Source: an uncultured delta proteobacterium
GTDB lineage: Bacteria; Myxococcota_A; Polyangia; Polyangiales; Polyangiaceae
DNA length: 64,000 nt
Assembly: GCA_963806225.1 (NCBI GenBank)
Contig: CAWDXG010000004.1
Location: forward strand, 5,536,001-5,600,000
Direction: 5' to 3'
The notes below the pieces were generated by a model. It was not told the origin of the DNA and did not search any database. It saw only the letters and a list, made by a program, of their open reading frames with translations. This document shows positions 9,502 to 23,580 of the stretch, piece by piece. The position numbers and the translations under genes were made by a program. The first letter of the stretch is position 1. Every line of letters starts with the position of its first letter.

Positions 9502-10670
9502 CCGTCTTCAGCGGATCACGCGGGGAGTACGGCTACATCCGCCCCGTCATGCAGGAGCTCCTGTCCCGGGGCCGGGCGAAGCTGACCCTCATCGTCTCGG
9601 GGATGCACACCGAGCCGACCTTCGGGGAGACGTTCCGCGAGTTCGAACGCGACGGGTTCACCATCGACCACCTCATCCGCAACACGGGACCGGAGCGTTC
9701 GCCTGCTTCGTCGATCGAGGATCTCGGGGCGCTGCTCTCGACGGTCGCGGGGGTGCTCGCCGAGGAGCGTCCGGACATCGTCCTGCTCTCCGGCGACCGC
9801 CGCGAGCAGCTGATCGTCGCGATCGCTGCGGCCAGCCTCGGTCTCGCCGTGGCCCACATCCAGGGCGGCGAGTTGTCGGGGCATTTCGATGGGGTGTTCC
9901 GCCACGCCATCTCGCGCATCGCGCACATACACTTCGTCGCCAACGAGCTGTGTGCGCGGCGGGTGCGCGCGCTCGGGGAGCACGCCTGGCGGATCCACGT
10001 GGTCGGCGCACCGCAGCTCGATGAGATCGTGGAAGGGCGGTTTTCGACTCCCGAGGAGGTTCTGCCCCGCTACGGGCTCTTCGCGCGCTCGTACCTGGTC
10101 GCCCTCCTGCATCCGTGCGCGCGGGACAGCTCCCCACCCGGCGAGGTGGCGCGCCATCTCCAGGCTGTTCTCGACGAGTGGCTGTCCGGCGATCCGGCGC
10201 GGCGCGTGGTCTGGATCGCCAGCAACAACGACCCGGAGCACGGCGCGATACGAGCCGTGCTCGACAAGCTCGAACACCCCTGCATCGTGGTCCCGTCGCT
10301 GCCGCGCTCCGAGTTCCTGACGCTGCTCGGCGGTGCGGCCGGTATCGTGGGCAATTCGTCCTGCGGCATCCTCGAGGCTCCTTCGCTCGGCGTTCCGGCC
10401 CTCAACATCGGGCAGCGGCAGAAGAACCGCCAGCACAGCGACAACGCCCTTCACGTCGGCACTTCCATCGAGGAGCTGCGGGGCGGGCTCGCGAGGCTTC
10501 CCGGCCTGGAGCTTGGCGCAACCGACAATCCCTACTACCGCCCTGGTTCTGCGGCGGCGATCGCCGACGTTCTCGAGAACATCGAGCTGACCGAGACGCT
10601 GCTCGCCAAGCAGTACGAAGATCCGCTCGCGGCTGCCCGTGAAGAACGCGATGGGCGGTCTTCGTCGTAG
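9486..10670 (+). CDS. UDP-N-acetylglucosamine 2-epimerase, hydrolysing (NeuC family)
   Basis: SGSRGEYG, SGMH, GDRREQL, HIQGGE, RHAISR, VGNSSCGILEAP, GQRQKNR; overlaps the 3' end of the neuA-like gene. Confidence 0.9.
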   Translation: MVRKIAVFSGSRGEYGYIRPVMQELLSRGRAKLTLIVSGMHTEPTFGETFREFERDGFTIDHLIRNTGPERSPASSIEDLGALLSTVAGVLAEERPDIVLLSGDRREQLIVAIAAASLGLAVAHIQGGELSGHFDGVFRHAISRIAHIHFVANELCARRVRALGEHAWRIHVVGAPQLDEIVEGRFSTPEEVLPRYGLFARSYLVALLHPCARDSSPPGEVARHLQAVLDEWLSGDPARRVVWIASNNDPEHGAIRAVLDKLEHPCIVVPSLPRSEFLTLLGGAAGIVGNSSCGILEAPSLGVPALNIGQRQKNRQHSDNALHVGTSIEELRGGLARLPGLELGATDNPYYRPGSAAAIADVLENIELTETLLAKQYEDPLAAAREERDGRSSS

Positions 10671-10707
10671 AGATCGCCCGCGTACGATCCAGTATCCTGC
10701 AATCCCC

Positions 10708-15667
<4,960 letters not shown>

Positions 15668-15864
15668 GGCAGACTGATGGAAACCGTGCACTTCTGGAAA
15701 TGCAAGATGCGTTGTCGATAGGCACTTTGCTGAATGATTCCGGCCATCCCAGGGCCCAGGTGGCGGGCGTGCCCGGCAAACCGGCGTCCACAAAAACGCC
15801 GCGGGGAGCGCGGCTCCTCGTGAGAGGAACCGGCTCCCCGGACGTTCTACCTGGGTTGTGCTGG

Positions 15865-18800
15865 TCAGTTGGTCGGCGACGCCGCAGGCGTCGTCGATGC
15901 GTTCAGCTGGAACTGGTAGGCAACCGACCAGTTTCCGGGCGGGTCCGGCCACACCTGGTCGTAGCCGGTCGCTCCCGCGTTCTGCAGACCACCGGCCATA
16001 TACAGCACGGTCGGGCTCCCGATGTCGCTACGAGCGATCGAGAACTCGGCGTAGGTGCTGCCGCCGCCGGTGTAGCCGACGTTCACCGTGACGGTGGCGT
16101 CGTCCTGCCAGCTCCCCGGGCTACCCGGGATCCACTTCCTGACAGTCGCTGTCGAGGACGTGTTCTTCCACACCAGGTGGTAGAGCGCGTTGTGCGGCAG
16201 CGTCGGCATGCCCGCGCCGTCCGGCGTGGTGGTGCCAGAAGAGCCGTCGCCGAAGTAGGCGTCGACCGTCTGGCCCGAGCCGAACGTAAACCCGTCGTAG
16301 CCCAGGTAGAGGTTGTTCGCGTCCCACGAGACGTAGGCCGTGCCTCCAGTGCTGGTCGCGAGCGCTTCCTTCGATGCGTTGAAGTCGTTCGCGCCGTCGA
16401 TGTTGATGGTGTCGGTGAACGGGTTGAAGGTGTACTGCTTCTGGATCGTGGACCAGACCATGCCCGTCTTGCACGCGACGACCGAGACGCTGTCCGTCGC
16501 GTTCAGGCTGGCGACCGGCTTGTTGCCACCCGTGCCGTACGCCGTGCAGGTCCAGCCGGCCCCGAGGTAGCTCTGCAGGGCCGATGCGCCGCAGAAGTTC
16601 GGTTGCGGCGGGATGCTCACCGAACCCGTTGCGTGGCACAGGGTGTACCCCCCGAAATTCGTCGGGGCTGGAGTCACCTTTGCGGTCACGCTTTGCGGCG
16701 AGTTGTAGGTTGCCGAAGGATCGGGCGAGAGAGTGATCGGTCCGACCTGCAGCGTGTACGTCTTGCTCGACGTAGCGGATGCCGGAAGGCCGTCGTTGCT
16801 ACACGCGACCATCTTCACGGTGGCTGATTGCGTGATAAGCGCATTGCAAGTGCCCGAGCCACAGGTGGCCGTTTGCGAGCCGAATCCACAGCCGGACGCC
16901 GTACAGGTTGGCGTCGTCCCGTCCAACGTGTAGCAGAAGAAGTCCGTATCGGGGTTGATGGTGTTGCTCGGCGAATTTTCGACCGTACTGACGACGTAGT
17001 CGTTGTACGTACCAGTCGCCGGCAGCAGGTTTGGCGTCTGGATGAAGTACGAGTACGTCCACGTGGCCACGTCCGACGGGGTCATGCCTGCGGAGCACGC
17101 GATGACCTTGATGGTGGTCTTCTGGGGGTCGACCATGTGGTACGAGGCGCCCGCTGTACCGCTGCTGCCGAGGCAGTTCGGCGTCGAGCCGTCCGTCGTG
17201 TAGTAGAACGTTACCGAGGCCTTGGTGGTCGCGCTCTTCCACCCAATGCTGGACCCGATCGGCACCGAGCCAGGCGCCGGAGACGCACTGGTAAGGGTCG
17301 GCGTGGCGACCTTCAGCGTGTACGAGACCGATGCCGTCGTGGAAGGCGTCTTGGCACTCCCAACGTCACACGCAATGGCCTTGACCGTCACGCCCGTGGC
17401 CTTGACCAGGTTGGTGAGCTTGACCGTGTTGCTGGGCGGGGTCCCGGTACCGGGTGCGGCAGCCACCGGCGCGGTGCACGTGCCTGTGCAACTGGGCGTC
17501 GAGCCGTTGGTCGTGTAGCAGATCTTGCCCGCTTCCATCGTGTCGTTGTTGGTGAAGGTCACCGTGACCCAGTCGTTCTGCGCGCTGGCGGTCGGAGCGA
17601 TGTCCGGCTGCGCCATGGCACTCGCCGTCGGATAGGTCGCGCTGCCCGACGCGGAGTCGAGATCCCCGCTGCTGTCGCAGGCCACCGCACTGACCGTGGT
17701 GTTGGCGTTCGCGATGATGCCGCTCACGGAATTGCCGGTGACCTTGGTGAGGCCCGTGCCCGTGCAGGTGCAGTCGGGAACAGCGGAGGTCTTCGACCAG
17801 CAGATGAAGCTGTAGGCCTGGCCCGAGCCGTTCTGGCTGATGCCGACGGTCTGCGTGCCGCTTCCGGCGTTGACCGGCGTGCCGGTGGGCGGCGTGAACT
17901 TCAGCGGGTCGAGCGCCAGCGTGAAGGCGTTGCTCGTCGACACGTCCGAATCCACGAAGCCGGTACCACAGGCGATGCTCTTCAATACGGTTCCGCTCTT
18001 GGTAACCGTGACGTTGCCCATGGCTCCGGTGCTGCAGGCGCTCGCGCTACAGGCGGGCGTGCTGCCATCCTTCGTCGTGCAGGTCCACGCTCCGGTGCCC
18101 GCGTTGGCACCGTTGCCGATGGTGACGGCCTTCGCCGCGTCGAAGGTGCCGCCGTTCGCGCCGAACGTTGGGGCCACCAGCTTCCACGAGTAGTCCGCCG
18201 TGTAGACGTCCGAGCCCTTGTAGCCTGGCTTGCAGGCGGCGAAGTAGACCGTCTGGGCGCCGTTCGTCGAGTCGATGCCCCAGTTCTTCGGCAGATTGCC
18301 CACCAGGTTGCCCGTCGTGCACGACGGCATGTTGGAGGAGCTGGTCGAATAGTTGGCCGTCACGGCGCCGGTTGTGGCCGAGGTCAAGAGCGGGTTGATG
18401 GTCTTGTTGGCCTTGTCGTAGTCGTACTGCCCGGGTGGTGGGCCGCCGAGGGCCGGGGTTGCCACCTGGAGTGTGTACTGCTGGGTCGTAACGGTGCTGT
18501 CGTTGTCGCCGGCCTTGCAGGCAATCGCGGTCACCGTGACCTGCCCCGTGTTGGGATTCGTCACGTTGCCGTTGATCGGGATCTGCGTCTGACCGTTGTA
18601 GGTCTGCGCCGAGCCCTGGCAGGTGCCGTTGCTGCAGGTTGGCGTCGAGCCATCCAGCGTGAAGCAGATGGTCGCGCCCGACGTGTTCGACGTGAGCGAG
18701 AGCAGGAAGTCGTTGTTCTGCGTTCCTGCAGTTGGGTTGGCCGTCGGGGCCTCGGCCGTGCCCGGCGGAATGTTGATCGTGTACGTCGCAACTCCGACCG

Positions 18801-19401
18801 CCGAGTCCGTAAACTGCGGTAGCGCGTTGCACATCGCGCGGATCGTCGTGTCCTGCGTCACCGCGATCGGTGCGCTGTACACCTTGCTGCTGGTGGTCGG
18901 GTTGGTCCCGTCCGTCGTGTAGTAGATGGTCGCGCCGCTGGTGGTCGTGCTGATCGTCACGTTCTGGGCACTGGTGTACGTGCCCGCTGCAGGGGCGAAC
19001 GTCGGCGTCGCACAGGGGTTGTTCACCGTACCTCCGGTGCCGCCCATGCCGCCGGTGCCAGCCGTGCCGCCGGTGCCAGCCGTGCCGCCTACGCCGCCGG
19101 TGCCAGCCGTGCCGCCGGTGCCCGCGGTGCCGCCGGTGCCCGCGGTGCCGCCGGTGCCTGCGCCGCCGTCGGTGCCCGCGCCGCCGCCGAAGCCTGCGCC
19201 GCCGCCGAAGCCTGCGCCGCCGCCGAAGCCTGCGCCGCCGCCGAAGCCTGCCGAACCGCCCGTGCCGGCTCCGCCTTCCGTCGAGCCGCCGGTCCCACCG
19301 GGGCTGCTGCTGTTACCGCTACCGCAGCCGATAGCGCCTCCCAAAGCAAGTGCGGCTGCCAACAACAGCGTGTGGCCAGCCTTCATTCGTCCAGGTTTCA
19401 T
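15865..19401 (-). CDS. Large surface lipoprotein with Gly-rich linker, about 9 Fn3-like (CHB_HEX_C-type) modules and a C-terminal putative sugar-binding domain
   Basis: Lipobox-like AIGC; repeated (Y/F)TxDGxxPxC motifs; C-terminal IDG..DF...YVSWDANNLYLG; GGAGGG RBS before ATG 19401. Confidence 0.8.
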   Translation of the reverse strand: MKPGRMKAGHTLLLAAALALGGAIGCGSGNSSSPGGTGGSTEGGAGTGGSAGFGGGAGFGGGAGFGGGAGFGGGAGTDGGAGTGGTAGTGGTAGTGGTAGTGGVGGTAGTGGTAGTGGMGGTGGTVNNPCATPTFAPAAGTYTSAQNVTISTTTSGATIYYTTDGTNPTTSSKVYSAPIAVTQDTTIRAMCNALPQFTDSAVGVATYTINIPPGTAEAPTANPTAGTQNNDFLLSLTSNTSGATICFTLDGSTPTCSNGTCQGSAQTYNGQTQIPINGNVTNPNTGQVTVTAIACKAGDNDSTVTTQQYTLQVATPALGGPPPGQYDYDKANKTINPLLTSATTGAVTANYSTSSSNMPSCTTGNLVGNLPKNWGIDSTNGAQTVYFAACKPGYKGSDVYTADYSWKLVAPTFGANGGTFDAAKAVTIGNGANAGTGAWTCTTKDGSTPACSASACSTGAMGNVTVTKSGTVLKSIACGTGFVDSDVSTSNAFTLALDPLKFTPPTGTPVNAGSGTQTVGISQNGSGQAYSFICWSKTSAVPDCTCTGTGLTKVTGNSVSGIIANANTTVSAVACDSSGDLDSASGSATYPTASAMAQPDIAPTASAQNDWVTVTFTNNDTMEAGKICYTTNGSTPSCTGTCTAPVAAAPGTGTPPSNTVKLTNLVKATGVTVKAIACDVGSAKTPSTTASVSYTLKVATPTLTSASPAPGSVPIGSSIGWKSATTKASVTFYYTTDGSTPNCLGSSGTAGASYHMVDPQKTTIKVIACSAGMTPSDVATWTYSYFIQTPNLLPATGTYNDYVVSTVENSPSNTINPDTDFFCYTLDGTTPTCTASGCGFGSQTATCGSGTCNALITQSATVKMVACSNDGLPASATSSKTYTLQVGPITLSPDPSATYNSPQSVTAKVTPAPTNFGGYTLCHATGSVSIPPQPNFCGASALQSYLGAGWTCTAYGTGGNKPVASLNATDSVSVVACKTGMVWSTIQKQYTFNPFTDTINIDGANDFNASKEALATSTGGTAYVSWDANNLYLGYDGFTFGSGQTVDAYFGDGSSGTTTPDGAGMPTLPHNALYHLVWKNTSSTATVRKWIPGSPGSWQDDATVTVNVGYTGGGSTYAEFSIARSDIGSPTVLYMAGGLQNAGATGYDQVWPDPPGNWSVAYQFQLNASTTPAASPTN
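19041..19250 (-). repeat. Coding tandem repeats (18-bp units; GFGGGA and GTGGTA)
   Basis: gccgccgaagcctgcgcc and gccggtgcc(a/c)gc.gtgcc units visible; encode a Gly-rich linker. Confidence 0.85.
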
Positions 19402-19475
19402 CCGTCCCTCCTGATCGTGCCGTGACAAGCACTAGTTCCGGTCCAGTCGAGCCTCATACACTCCTGGCGCGGTCG

Positions 19476-19601
19476 TGCATAGTGCAAACCAACATGATCT
19501 TGTGTTGTTGTTCCTTCGAGCGTGATGAAAATCAACGATGTTGAACAGGCAACACTAGAGTTGCGCAACCGCTGCACAACTTGCCCGCCAGGTTGCGCAG
19601 C
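19476..19601 (-). promoter_or_regulatory. Candidate sigma54 promoter (-24/-12) with upstream palindromic activator sites
   Basis: Minus strand TGGTTTGCACTATGCA (GG-N10-GC) at 19491-19476; AT-rich tract; GTTGCGCAAC at 19560-19569 and GTTGCGCAGC at 19592-19601. Confidence 0.5.
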
Positions 19602-19998
19602 ACGTGCGCGGCACCCGCCGCATTTCGGTTTTCCCCTATCTTTACCGCTCGATGTGAGCGGGCCTGTCGTCTAGGGGATTCCACCTAGGTGACCCGCCAG
19701 GCCGGCTTGGCTCGTTCGGCGAGAGGCAGCGTCGAGGCAAGACGAACCGTCGAGATTGTAAGTCAGGAATTGAAGTAAGGACTATGCCATGTGGAATAGT
19801 ACTCGACTCGGTAGAGCTGGCCGACTGCGCGGACGATGCGCGCTCGGGCCGTCAGGCGGGAGCGGCTCGGTCGTCGGTGCTGGCGAGCGCGGGCGCCCTT
19901 CGGCGCCGACATGGCGATGAGCGCGCTCGCGCCGCTTCGCGCCGGGAACGCTGCCTGTCTCTACTGCTTGCTCAGCCCGCCGGACGAGGACGTGGAAA

Positions 19999-20496
19999 TC
20001 AGGGCTTCGCTGCGTTCGCGGGGGGCGCCGTCTGCCGGCCGTTCCAGCTCCACACGAGTACAACGACCCCCAACGTGACCGCGATGTCGGCGACGTTGAA
20101 GATCGGCCAGTACTCGACGTGGATGAAATCGATGACGTGACCGGTGAAGAGCCGGTCGACCATGTTACCCAGGCCGCCTCCAACGACCAGCGCGCCGCCT
20201 AGCCGCGCCATCGGCTGGAGCTCCTTCCAACGCCGCGCGATGAATACGAGCGCGCCGAGCGTCACCGTGGACGCGAGCACACTGAGAAGGAGCCAGCGCA
20301 CGTGTGGCGACAGCGTGTCACCCAGCAGGCTGAAGGCCGTGTCCGTGTTGTGCGCGACCCTGAGCTCGAGCACGTGGGGCCAGACGCCGAGCGCCCGGGT
20401 CCGGAGCTCGGTTGCGGCGAGCCGCTTCGTGGCGTGGTCGCAACCCGTGACCCCCGCCATCAGCGATACAAACGCCACCCAGCCGAAGCGATTCAT
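19999..20496 (-). CDS. lspA: Lipoprotein signal peptidase II
   Basis: DHATK, NTDTAFS, GGGLGNMVDR, GHVIDFI, WPIFNVAD. Confidence 0.92.
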   Translation of the reverse strand: MNRFGWVAFVSLMAGVTGCDHATKRLAATELRTRALGVWPHVLELRVAHNTDTAFSLLGDTLSPHVRWLLLSVLASTVTLGALVFIARRWKELQPMARLGGALVVGGGLGNMVDRLFTGHVIDFIHVEYWPIFNVADIAVTLGVVVLVWSWNGRQTAPPANAAKP

Positions 20497-20607
20497 GAAG
20501 CGGCAACCTGCCGGCAATGCCGGATATTCCGATCCTGGGCGCGACGAGGGATGGCTCGTCGCACCATGAACGCCGCGGGGGCGAGCGTCCTTGTTGCGCG
20601 AGGTTGC

Positions 20608-22356
20608 TCAGGGACAGCGCACCGGCCGCGCGCTTGGCAACGCCAGCCGCCGATGCGCCGCATCGTACAGCGACTTGCCGCCGTCGATGGTGCCGTGCTT
20701 GTGCAGCATGCGCGCGAGCGCGTCGCGCACGGTGACGCCGAGGTCGGCGTGCACGTCGGCCGGCGAAAGCTCCAGGCCCGTGAACAGATCGTCGCCGCCG
20801 GTCACGAGGTAGTCGCTCGTGGCCACTGTGAGCTTCGCGCTGTCCCGGATCAGACGGCCGTCGGGGCGACGCAGCTCGACGGACACGCCCTTCGGCGTGC
20901 AGCGCGCGATGACGCGCATGCCCGCTACGCTCACTATGCCGTGCGCGCCGCTCTCGAGGTGGCGCGTGAGCACCTGGCGCAGCTCGGCACCGGTCATGCG
21001 CAGCGTTGCCAGCCGGTTGTCGAACGGCATCGCCTCGAACAGCTCGCCATAGGTGAGCTTTCCCGCGGGCAGATCGGCGCGCAGGCTGCCGCCGTTGGTG
21101 ATGCCCACGTCGGCGCCGGGTGCGGCCTCTCGCATCAGCTCGGCGAACAGATTGCCCAACGGCGATTCGACCTTGTTGGCGCGCGGGATCGCCTGGCGTA
21201 AGAGCACGCCCACGAGCTCGGCGCGCTTGTGGGCAGCGCGATCGAGCGCGGGTTGAATGATGCGGGCGATGCGCGCGTCGGGGCGCACCGGGTTGCCGGC
21301 GTAGTTGCCGGGGTCGCAGTGCTCGGCGGACTTGAAATCCGAGCACACCTGGTGCGGCGGAAAGACGTGCAGCCCGAGTCGCCGGTGCGTGCGTCGGTTG
21401 AAGCGCACGTCGATGCGTGAGAACGCCTTGCCGTAGGCGTACGACTCCACGATCGCGATGCCGTTCACGTACCCGGCGACGCCCTTGTGCGTGTGCCCCG
21501 CCACGATCACGTCCACCAGTCCGCGCGGCAGCTTGCGGGCGACCTTGAAGATCTCCTCGTTCGGCTTGCAGCTCGCGAGGTTGTGCGGATGCTTCACGTC
21601 CGCGCAGTTGCCGCCAGCGTGGGCGAGCACCACCACGAGCTTCGCGCCCTCGGCGCGGAGCTTTCTGGCACGCGGGATGATGCTGGCCGCCAGCGGACGC
21701 ACCGCGAGCCCCTTGAAGTAGGCGGGCATTACGATATGCGGCGTCTCGCGCGTCAGCACGCCGACCAGGCCGATGCGCACACCCGCGACGCGGACCATCA
21801 CGGACGGCTGGAGCCCGCGCCAAGGCGGCATCTTGCGGGTCTTCTTCTCGATCAGATTGGCGCTCAGCACCGGGAAGCGCGCCTGGGCGATGCGCGCCTC
21901 GATAGCTCCGAACGGATTCTTCGCCTGGGCGGCGACCTGGCCAGGGGGCTCCGTGCCGGCGGGGCCGAAGTCGAACTCGTGGTTGCCGAGCGCGGCTGCG
22001 GCGTAGCCGAGCGCGTTGTAGCCGCGCACGACCGGTGCGCCCTCGGCCAGGTTCGAGGCCAGCGTGCCCTGGAACATGTCGCCGGCATCCACGAGCAGCA
22101 CGCCGCCGTTCGCGCGGCGCGCGCGCCTGAGGTTGTCGACGAACCCGGCCAGAACCGGCAGCCGGCGCAGATAGCCGTGGAAGTCGTTCGTCCCGACGAT
22201 GGACACTACTATCGGCTTGGGGCGTGCCGGCGGCCGGGCGGGGCGCGCTGCTGCACGCGCCGGAGGTGCGGCGGGAGCGGCAACCTGTTCGATGCGACAC
22301 CCGCTGCCGAAAGCGAGCGTTGCCAGTGCGGTGATCCACAGAGGTCGGAGGGTCAT
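20608..22356 (-). CDS. 5'-nucleotidase / bifunctional metallophosphatase lipoprotein
   Basis: TNDFHG, DAGDMFQG, GNHEFD, LAH, AGHTH, NGGSLR, MPFDN, GGD. Confidence 0.92.
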   Translation of the reverse strand: MTLRPLWITALATLAFGSGCRIEQVAAPAAPPARAAARPARPPARPKPIVVSIVGTNDFHGYLRRLPVLAGFVDNLRRARRANGGVLLVDAGDMFQGTLASNLAEGAPVVRGYNALGYAAAALGNHEFDFGPAGTEPPGQVAAQAKNPFGAIEARIAQARFPVLSANLIEKKTRKMPPWRGLQPSVMVRVAGVRIGLVGVLTRETPHIVMPAYFKGLAVRPLAASIIPRARKLRAEGAKLVVVLAHAGGNCADVKHPHNLASCKPNEEIFKVARKLPRGLVDVIVAGHTHKGVAGYVNGIAIVESYAYGKAFSRIDVRFNRRTHRRLGLHVFPPHQVCSDFKSAEHCDPGNYAGNPVRPDARIARIIQPALDRAAHKRAELVGVLLRQAIPRANKVESPLGNLFAELMREAAPGADVGITNGGSLRADLPAGKLTYGELFEAMPFDNRLATLRMTGAELRQVLTRHLESGAHGIVSVAGMRVIARCTPKGVSVELRRPDGRLIRDSAKLTVATSDYLVTGGDDLFTGLELSPADVHADLGVTVRDALARMLHKHGTIDGGKSLYDAAHRRLALPSARPVRCP

Positions 22357-22370
22357 GGTGGGTTCGCGGC

Positions 22371-23228
22371 TCAGCTCGATTCGAGCAGGCCGCGCAGTTG
22401 GGCGGGGTGGACTCGGTATTCGTGCCCGCAGTAGTCGCAGGAGATCTCGAGCACCTCGCCGTCCGACATCAGGTCCTCGATGTCGCTGCGGCGGAGCGTG
22501 GCGAGCGCGGAGATGACCCGCACCTCGTCACACCAGCACTCGAAGCCGACCGTCGTGTGATCGAGCCGTGTGAACGGCATGCCGTGAAGGAGCTGCTCCA
22601 GCAGCCAACCCGGCGAGAAGCTCTCGCTCTCGAGCTGTTCGCGGATGCTCTCGAAGTCGCGCAGTCGTTCGGTCATCACCATCAGCGGCCCGCGCCCCAC
22701 CTCGGGCAGAAGCTGCACCATGTAGCCGCCCGCCGCCACGACCTCGTCGCCGTCCATGACCGTGTCGACCGCCAGCATCGAGTCGACCTGCTCGGATGTC
22801 TGCATGTAGGCCATCAGCGCGCGGGAGATGCCGCCTTCTTCGGGCACCTGGACGAAACCCTGGTTCAGATGCCCGGTCGGCATGCTGCGCATCATCTGCA
22901 GGATGGCGCCCTGGCCCAGATCGAGCTGGTCACGGCCATCCGCGACCTGGATCAGACCCCGCGTGCGCCCCGACGGATGCGAGTCGGCGACGAGGCTGCC
23001 CGAGCCACCGGCGCCGCGCATGATGCCCTGCACCCGGAGCGCCGGGGACATCGTCTCGCGGAACAGCACGGCCCCGGTCAGGAGCTCACCGAAATAGCGC
23101 GCGGTCGTGCCGTGCCCGCCCTGTGCCTTGATGGCGTTCCGGACCGTGCGGGTGGTGTTCGCGGTGATCACGCGGAAGGCGCCGTCATCGGTGATGGCGC
23201 GCAGCACGCTGTCGCTCTGCTCCGTCAT
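22371..23228 (-). CDS. hslO: Hsp33 redox-regulated chaperone
   Basis: YMQTSEQ, AAGGYMVQLLP, CWC...CDYC zinc site. Confidence 0.93.
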   Translation of the reverse strand: MTEQSDSVLRAITDDGAFRVITANTTRTVRNAIKAQGGHGTTARYFGELLTGAVLFRETMSPALRVQGIMRGAGGSGSLVADSHPSGRTRGLIQVADGRDQLDLGQGAILQMMRSMPTGHLNQGFVQVPEEGGISRALMAYMQTSEQVDSMLAVDTVMDGDEVVAAGGYMVQLLPEVGRGPLMVMTERLRDFESIREQLESESFSPGWLLEQLLHGMPFTRLDHTTVGFECWCDEVRVISALATLRRSDIEDLMSDGEVLEISCDYCGHEYRVHPAQLRGLLESS

Positions 23229-23315
23229 ATCGTCGTGCGTCCGGGTCCGGCCCCGGCTACCCCAAGCGTAACGCGGACCGGGAAATCGGCCAGGGGGCGC
23301 CTCGAGCTGTCGGGC

Positions 23316-23513
23316 TCAGTGCTGGATCGGCTCGTTCTCGCTGACCAGCTCGGCCAGGTCGTCGGAGCCCAGGGGCTCGGAGACGCGGTAGCGCTCGTCC
23401 AGCCAGTTGCCGAGGTCGACCTTCTTGCAGCGTCCCGAGCAGAAGGGCCGGGGCGGGTAGTCCTCCGGCACGTCCGGCAGGACCTTCTTGCAGATGGGGC
23501 AACAGATGCGCAC
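23316..23513 (-). CDS. yacG: DNA gyrase inhibitor
   Basis: CPIC...PFCSGRCKKVDLGNWLDERY. Confidence 0.9.
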   Translation of the reverse strand: MRICCPICKKVLPDVPEDYPPRPFCSGRCKKVDLGNWLDERYRVSEPLGSDDLAELVSENEPIQH

Positions 23514-23580
23514 GGCGCAGTTCTACATCATCGCCGCCAGGCTCGCATCCGCGCGCGCCCTGTTCTAGCTTCGGGCCCCC

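Noticed and set aside
19782..20183. Small ORFs or a structured RNA between the large lipoprotein gene and lspA
   Set aside because: No recognisable protein motif or RNA family consensus
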